30,311 nucleotides of DNA, taken from IMG/VR virus record IMGVR_UViG_3300043442_001143, positions 1-30,311 of that record; one strand, 5' to 3'. Positions within the stretch are counted from its first letter, which is position 1, and the number at the start of each line of letters is the position of its first letter. Under the pieces are notes generated by a model. That model saw nothing but the letters and a program-made list of their open reading frames with translations. It was not told the origin of the DNA and did no database searches. The translations under genes were made by a program, and so were the position numbers. The DNA comes from a virus. Its lineage: Duplodnaviria > Caudoviricetes. Below, piece after piece: positions 27,101 through 30,311 of this stretch.

Positions 27101-27240
27101 GTGGAAATGGTATCGGTCAAGGTGATATGTTAGCAGCAGGAAGTCACCAACATACCATAACTGTTGAAAGTGCTGGTTCTGGTCAAGCACATGAAAACCT
27201 TCCACCATATGTTGGAATGCTTCCAGTGATTAAATACTAA
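21199..27240 (+). CDS. Large virion structural/tail fibre protein with C-terminal tail-collar and HxH tip
   Basis: 2013 aa. LYVNP..D..N.GNS..PFKTIQRAL N-terminus, repeated TT..PHGL..G beta modules, GAL.V.GGVGV repeats, and PVG..APEGYLICNG collar with HNH/HTH/HQH motifs. Confidence 0.85.
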   Translation: MPLNKLDNFIKNTEGRTLYVNPNDLDATDSITNTGNSLAQPFKTIQRALLEAARFSFVNGKGNDLVEKTTILVFPGEHLIDNRPGFAIYDNGGTAYAVPPTGGAGTPALSTLSLELDSNFDLTQEDNILYKFNSVNGGIIIPRGTSIVGLDLRKTKVRPKYVPNPTDPLVRKSAIFRVTGACYFWQFSFFDADESGLVYTHPSFFTSNYQSVPRFSHHKLTCFEYADGVNEVGTYGLTDLDMYYSKLSNAFNSYRPIPADAKFPASDEDFAKMAPEWEIVGAFASDPIDIQSVISGNGTTATTLVTVTTTEGHNLTSGTPIKIKGVSTPEYNISTKVQNVLSATQFTYLLESFPITLDPTPIVTGATITVETDTVSGASPYIFNCSLRSVWGMNGMHADGSKASGFRSMVVAQFTAVSLQKDDRAFVKYDSITRSYNGVNYSTVYGGALPTGASQTDTAKVYHLDPDAIYRQGWETSHIKVSNDSFIQVVSVFAIGFNKHFDLESGGDASITNSNSNFGQISLNSEGFKAEAFDKDNNAFITSIIAPRDIDTTVEEDIEWLSIDVGLTTSVGVSTHLYLYGLNAADSLPVSVTQGYRIGARHGDKLYLSINNTEYSADIYMQDGVTSSYKVYDVSSVSSSTLTVGTHTISTGERIIINSESGDLPENVTPHIVYYAIRVNSTQIKLATSFTNALNNEGLTIYGGTQLKVYSRVSDKSSGNIGSPIQFDSTSGNWYITVNSANQIYNQLNTLGVAGLSETTDLTYVKRIVDDRSLDEKVYKVRVVIPKELSAAKDPEDGFILQESSTTGARADDFTRTSIASTDFEYNKNPRFITTCTLASTTVTVLTSLPHGLNVGDLVVIRNVTDSSNPSGLYDRGYNGKFAVASIVDDMSFTHSVIDVNGKTHTPGSTSTNDINSRTTADQVRDLPRFERNDWQSNLYIYRNEVISPYVQGSQDGIYHLYVLNASNKITEEFTNLEYSQSPVDLYPQLDRDNIEANPQSAKTFALRAPIGDTNTSDLKKSITRETVDKLSGVLGIGQSITSVSSSASSATLTFGRRHGLAGISIGAITAGASYNNGTYYDVKLLNTDADPLVGTWKGATAKVIVSGGAVTSVDIISKGSGYTNGEALFFDNTRIGAGNGNARYTIATAGITTSIGDVVQVTGVGTVTDGYYRISAVNSQTQISVAKTVGDSTPIPGQYAFIVGPSSKITARPYDSTTGITTFTTQTPHGLLKGNKFRVINSTNNNLGDYVVEERVGVNTFTAITNKSLSATNGYILKHGYSANEAISDAREENFGIRQVSFYENEIVKLSTAISDDASATTVVISTINSGIGTAARFPMGSYIQVDSEIMRITSSSNNSQFTVIRGALGTRKESHDADSLIRKINPIAVEFRRPSILRASGHTFEYLGYGPGNYSTGLPQVQVKSLTEREDFLVQSQERAGGIVVYTGMNNSGDFFTGNTKTSSSSGEVTSYDIPTPTVTGEDPSKSSVVYDEVTVKERLLVEGGDSGTVLSQFDGPVTFNKQIRSKDTSTFSGQVRVTNTTTSDSTGKGALTVKGGVGVGENLNVGGNSTFTGSVLLSNLTDSTSTSTGALRVLGGVGVAKTVTSLGLTVTGNASIGSTLTVSGAEGITSPKFKATVPQSSTLNGTPTFKMLRADGNQDFITFREVQNALGYIPADSATITGDFPLGNSLVCDDISGSFDESTTDFTLRIAGTAFIPAGSSANLIVSVGGVIQRPGADFIIVTSGGANTSTIRFTTAPASGVSCFIVALGGQGSLISNIDWDTKGQILVATGDNTAARLAVGANGTVLTADDTQATGVKWAPGTPVGSFFYMAASSADTATGGSATIGATEYHAPEGYLICNGGDIPTSGTFQGVNASLLQNLRSFLGSTYGATGRLPNLINNFAGYSAVPGQTGGAATVTLTTAQMPSHNHSASTSENGSHTHGTSTGQEWAMRNTPGLDRAYGGNGIGQGDMLAAGSHQHTITVESAGSGQAHENLPPYVGMLPVIKY

Positions 27241-27257
27241 TATAAGGAGATAAAGAA

Positions 27258-27749
27258 ATGTCAGTTACACGAGTACAAACATCTGGAATTACTGATGATG
27301 CAGTAACAACCGCTAAGATTGCTAATGATGCAGTAACAACCGCTAAAATAAACTTTGAAACTGCATTAGTTCCAGTTGGTGGAATTATTATGTGGTCTGG
27401 AAGCACAGCATCCATTCCCACTGGTTGGGCATTATGTAATGGTGCCAATGGCACTCCAAATCTACAAGATAGATTTATTGTAGGTGCTGGAAGTGGTTAT
27501 GGGGTAGGTGCTACTGGTGGTGCTAATAGTGTAACTCTTACTATAAATGAAATGCCCACTCACAGTCACACTTTATTAGCAAGTAGTGCTACTGATGGTG
27601 GGTCTGGAACTGGATGGAGATGGGAATCTAATAGTGCTTACCGACCTGCTACCGTGAATGGAACAAATATAGGTAATGCAGGTGGAGATCAAGCACATGA
27701 AAACAGACCACCATACTATGCTCTTGCTTTCATTATGAGAGTTTCATAA
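27258..27749 (+). CDS. Short tail fibre/tail-collar domain protein
   Basis: AVTTAKI repeats, VPVGGIIMWSG..IPTGWALCNG..TPNLQDRFIVGAG and HENRPPYYALAFIMR. SD AAGGAG upstream. Confidence 0.85.
   Translation: MSVTRVQTSGITDDAVTTAKIANDAVTTAKINFETALVPVGGIIMWSGSTASIPTGWALCNGANGTPNLQDRFIVGAGSGYGVGATGGANSVTLTINEMPTHSHTLLASSATDGGSGTGWRWESNSAYRPATVNGTNIGNAGGDQAHENRPPYYALAFIMRVS
27295..27346 (+). repeat. Coding tandem repeat (22 nt exact, period 30 nt; DAVTTAKI x2)
   Basis: atgatgcagtaacaaccgctaa at 27295-27316 and 27325-27346. Confidence 0.9.
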
Positions 27750-27769
27750 ATACTTAAAAAGTCTCCGAG

Positions 27770-29668
27770 ATGGCAAATTATAACAAGTCATTTAATTTTA
27801 GGAATGGAGTTCAGGTTGATAATGATAACTTCATTGTTAATGCAAATGGTCTAGTTGGTATTGGAACAACAATACCTAAAGATTATTTGTTGAATGTTTA
27901 TGGAGACGCAAGAGTTACTGGATTAGTTACCGCAACAAACGCTAATATCACCAATTTAAGTGTTGGTCTAGCAACTCTCACAACTCTTAATGTTGGAATC
28001 ACATCACTGACTTCAGGGATTATAACTGCTACTTCTGGGGTTGTAACTTATTATGGGGACGGATCTAAATTATCAAATCTACCAACATCTCAATGGATTG
28101 ATGTAAATCCAGGAGCAGGAGTTTCTAGTATTTACGCTGCAGGAAATGTTGGAATTGCAACTACACTCCCAACATTTAACCTGCAAATTGGAGCAAATCC
28201 TCTTGTTTATACTGCAGGTATTGGTATTAATTCCAATGGAAATGTTTACAGTGCTGGTATAATTACAGCAACATCTTTCTCTGGATTTGGGTCTGATATA
28301 TCTCTACTTAATGCTTCCAATATAACATCTGGCACTTTAAGCACTTCATTTTTCCCATCTAGCATTCAATTATCGGGCATTATAACAGCATCATCCTTTG
28401 TAGGATCTGGTGCTGGTATTACTGCCATTAATGCTGACAACATTACAACAGGCACATTAAGCACCTCTAGACTTCCTTCTAACATTGTTGTTTCTGGTAT
28501 TATAACTGCCAACACTTTTGTAGGAAACTTAACTGGGACTGCAACAACTGCAACGACTTTAGCACCTTCAGGAACAGTTTCTGTTACTTCTGTAAATAGT
28601 GGATTTACTTCAACTGGAATTGCAACAGTCACTGAAGCACTTTATGTTGTTGGTTATCCTGCAAAAGTTGGAGTAGGCACCACTACACTTCCAGAAGCAG
28701 ATATTGAAGTTAATAAGACAGGCATTTCTTCAATTCGTGTAATCAGCACTAATAATGTCGCTACGATTGGTATTGGTAGAAGTGCAGAAGTAAGAACTGG
28801 AAATACAAATACATTCTATTTGTATAGCACCCCAACATCTTTAGATATTATAAACTCAAATACTGGAAATGTCAACTATTATCTTGATTATGGCACTGCA
28901 GGATTAGGAACTGGTGCTTTCCATTGGATTTATGGTCAAGACCCATCAAATCCAATTATGTCATTGACATATGATGGAAAACTTGGTATTGGTGTTACCA
29001 ACCCAACAAGTGACTTATATGTTGTAGGAACTTCTTATATTACAGGTATCACAACAGTTGATAGTAATCTGAGTGTCTCAAGCAATTTAACAGTTTCTAA
29101 CAATGCTACGGTTACAAATGACTTAACTGTAGGTGGAGATATAACATTTAGTGGTTCTCTTACTGGAAATCTTGGAATTACAACAGTATCCAGACTTGGA
29201 ATTGCTACAGATACACTTGCAGGAAATTCTTACGAACTATTTGTTGGAGGAGATCCTGTATTTGGTCCTGGTGTTGCTGTTACTACAACTGGAATAAGAG
29301 CATCTGGAATTATTCAAGCATCTAATCTTACTGCTACAAACGCCAACATTAATGATATCAATAGTGTTGGTGTTATAACTGCAGTCACCTTTGTTGGAAA
29401 CTTAACGGGAACTGCTACTACTTCAACAAATGTAGTGGGTGGTATTGCAACAGTAGGCACTCTTGATGTAGGAGGAACCTCAACTCTTGGTATTACAACT
29501 ACAACTGTATTAAACGCACAAAGTCTTAATGTTTCTGGAGTTACAACCTCACAAGGTGGATTTACAAGTGGTATCGGAGTTACTAATCCAGTGAAGATTA
29601 CAGTATCAGGTAATGTATTAACCTTCACTGTTACTGGTGTTGGATCTACAAGCTTGACACTCTTCTAA
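27770..29668 (+). CDS. Tail fibre-like virion protein
   Basis: Thr/Gly/Ser-rich with repeated VGIGTT.P, GIITA.SF.G and NASNITSGTL motifs; ATAAATA upstream. Confidence 0.8.
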   Translation: MANYNKSFNFRNGVQVDNDNFIVNANGLVGIGTTIPKDYLLNVYGDARVTGLVTATNANITNLSVGLATLTTLNVGITSLTSGIITATSGVVTYYGDGSKLSNLPTSQWIDVNPGAGVSSIYAAGNVGIATTLPTFNLQIGANPLVYTAGIGINSNGNVYSAGIITATSFSGFGSDISLLNASNITSGTLSTSFFPSSIQLSGIITASSFVGSGAGITAINADNITTGTLSTSRLPSNIVVSGIITANTFVGNLTGTATTATTLAPSGTVSVTSVNSGFTSTGIATVTEALYVVGYPAKVGVGTTTLPEADIEVNKTGISSIRVISTNNVATIGIGRSAEVRTGNTNTFYLYSTPTSLDIINSNTGNVNYYLDYGTAGLGTGAFHWIYGQDPSNPIMSLTYDGKLGIGVTNPTSDLYVVGTSYITGITTVDSNLSVSSNLTVSNNATVTNDLTVGGDITFSGSLTGNLGITTVSRLGIATDTLAGNSYELFVGGDPVFGPGVAVTTTGIRASGIIQASNLTATNANINDINSVGVITAVTFVGNLTGTATTSTNVVGGIATVGTLDVGGTSTLGITTTTVLNAQSLNVSGVTTSQGGFTSGIGVTNPVKITVSGNVLTFTVTGVGSTSLTLF

Positions 29669-29790
29669 AAACCCTGTAGACTACCTTTGTCCCGGTTGAA
29701 GATGAGAGACTAATCTTCTTTAAGACACTTTGAGAACTGTCCACTGAGTCGTATCAGGGGCAGTTTTCTGCTATAATAGTCCTATACGCA

Positions 29791-30311
29791 ATGAGATCTG
29801 TGATTCAACTTCGTCCTCATCAACAACGTGGTCTTGATGCTATGGAGTCCTTCAACAAAGGGATTCTCACGATGCCTACTGGTGCTGGGAAAACTCTGAC
29901 AATGATTTTTGATGTTATTCGTCAGTTTTCTCAGCAACAATCGCAAACTGTGGTTGTTGTTTGTCCTCGTATTCTTCTGGCAGAGCAGTTGTCTAGTGAA
30001 TTTCTTGAGTTTATCACCAATGCCCGTGTGCTTCACGTCCACTCTGGTGAGACTCATCACTTCAGCAGCACTCGTCCAAATGTGATTCGCACTTGGGTAG
30101 AAGCAACTCAAGGTCACAAACTTATCTTCACTACCTACAATTCTCTTCAGCAGATTGAGAAGGCAGGTATTGATGTGAATACGATTTACTTTGACGAAGC
30201 ACATAATTCTGTCCGTCGTGATTTCTTCCCTTCGGTAGAGTATTTCTCTCAGGAAGCAAATCGTTGTTTCTTTTTCACTGCCACTCCAAAGTATTCGGCA
30301 ACGATTTCTAA
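29791..30311 (+). CDS. Superfamily II (DEAH) helicase, 5' part; runs off the window and is not in the ORF track
   Basis: Hand translation: (MRS)VIQLRPHQ..MPTGAGKT..VVVVCPRILLAEQL..FTTYNSL..YFDEAHN..FFTATPK, giving Q motif and motifs I, Ia, II, III. TGcTATAAT upstream. Confidence 0.92.
   Translation, partial: MRSVIQLRPHQQRGLDAMESFNKGILTMPTGAGKTLTMIFDVIRQFSQQQSQTVVVVCPRILLAEQLSSEFLEFITNARVLHVHSGETHHFSSTRPNVIRTWVEATQGHKLIFTTYNSLQQIEKAGIDVNTIYFDEAHNSVRRDFFPSVEYFSQEANRCFFFTATPKYSATIS

Noticed and set aside
11847-27346. Short direct repeats as a CRISPR array or DGR template/variable repeats
   Set aside because: Only two in-frame copies each, no spacers, no adenine-specific mismatch pattern, and no cas or reverse transcriptase gene in the window.
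25806-29628. Several Val/Pro-rich antisense ORFs inside fibre genes
   Set aside because: Expected shadows of Thr/Gly-rich repetitive coding sequence.
29782-30204. 140-aa minus-strand ORF
   Set aside because: Antisense to a clear SF2 helicase on the plus strand, which the track missed because it runs off the window.

Overview
This is a 30.3 kb AT-rich segment of a T4-like myophage, most consistent with a cyanomyovirus (phoH, gp33, gp59, gp32, gp53/48/2/4, gp26, gp5 order; host inferred, not shown). From left to right it holds a replication/transcription block interrupted by two free-standing homing endonucleases, a Mom-like DNA-modification gene, a minus-strand baseplate/head-completion block, a tail/baseplate-hub operon, a small accessory block with an orphan Phd-like ORF, three tRNAs (Ile-UAU, Met-CAU, Leu-UAA) around an HNH gene, large tail-fibre genes and the 5' part of an SF2 helicase. 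Two signals stand out. (1) A candidate -1 programmed frameshift cassette (SD-like GGAGG, 10 nt, T TTT TTC, 8 nt, hairpin) would fuse gp26 to a 57-aa ORF absent from the ORF track, just upstream of tape-measure-like genes, resembling the lambda G/GT tail-chaperone frameshift. (2) An ~85-100 nt structured leader with compensatory base changes occurs upstream of two homing endonucleases with unrelated nuclease domains but a shared C-terminal domain. All product calls come from recognising motifs and gene order by eye; no database searches were run.
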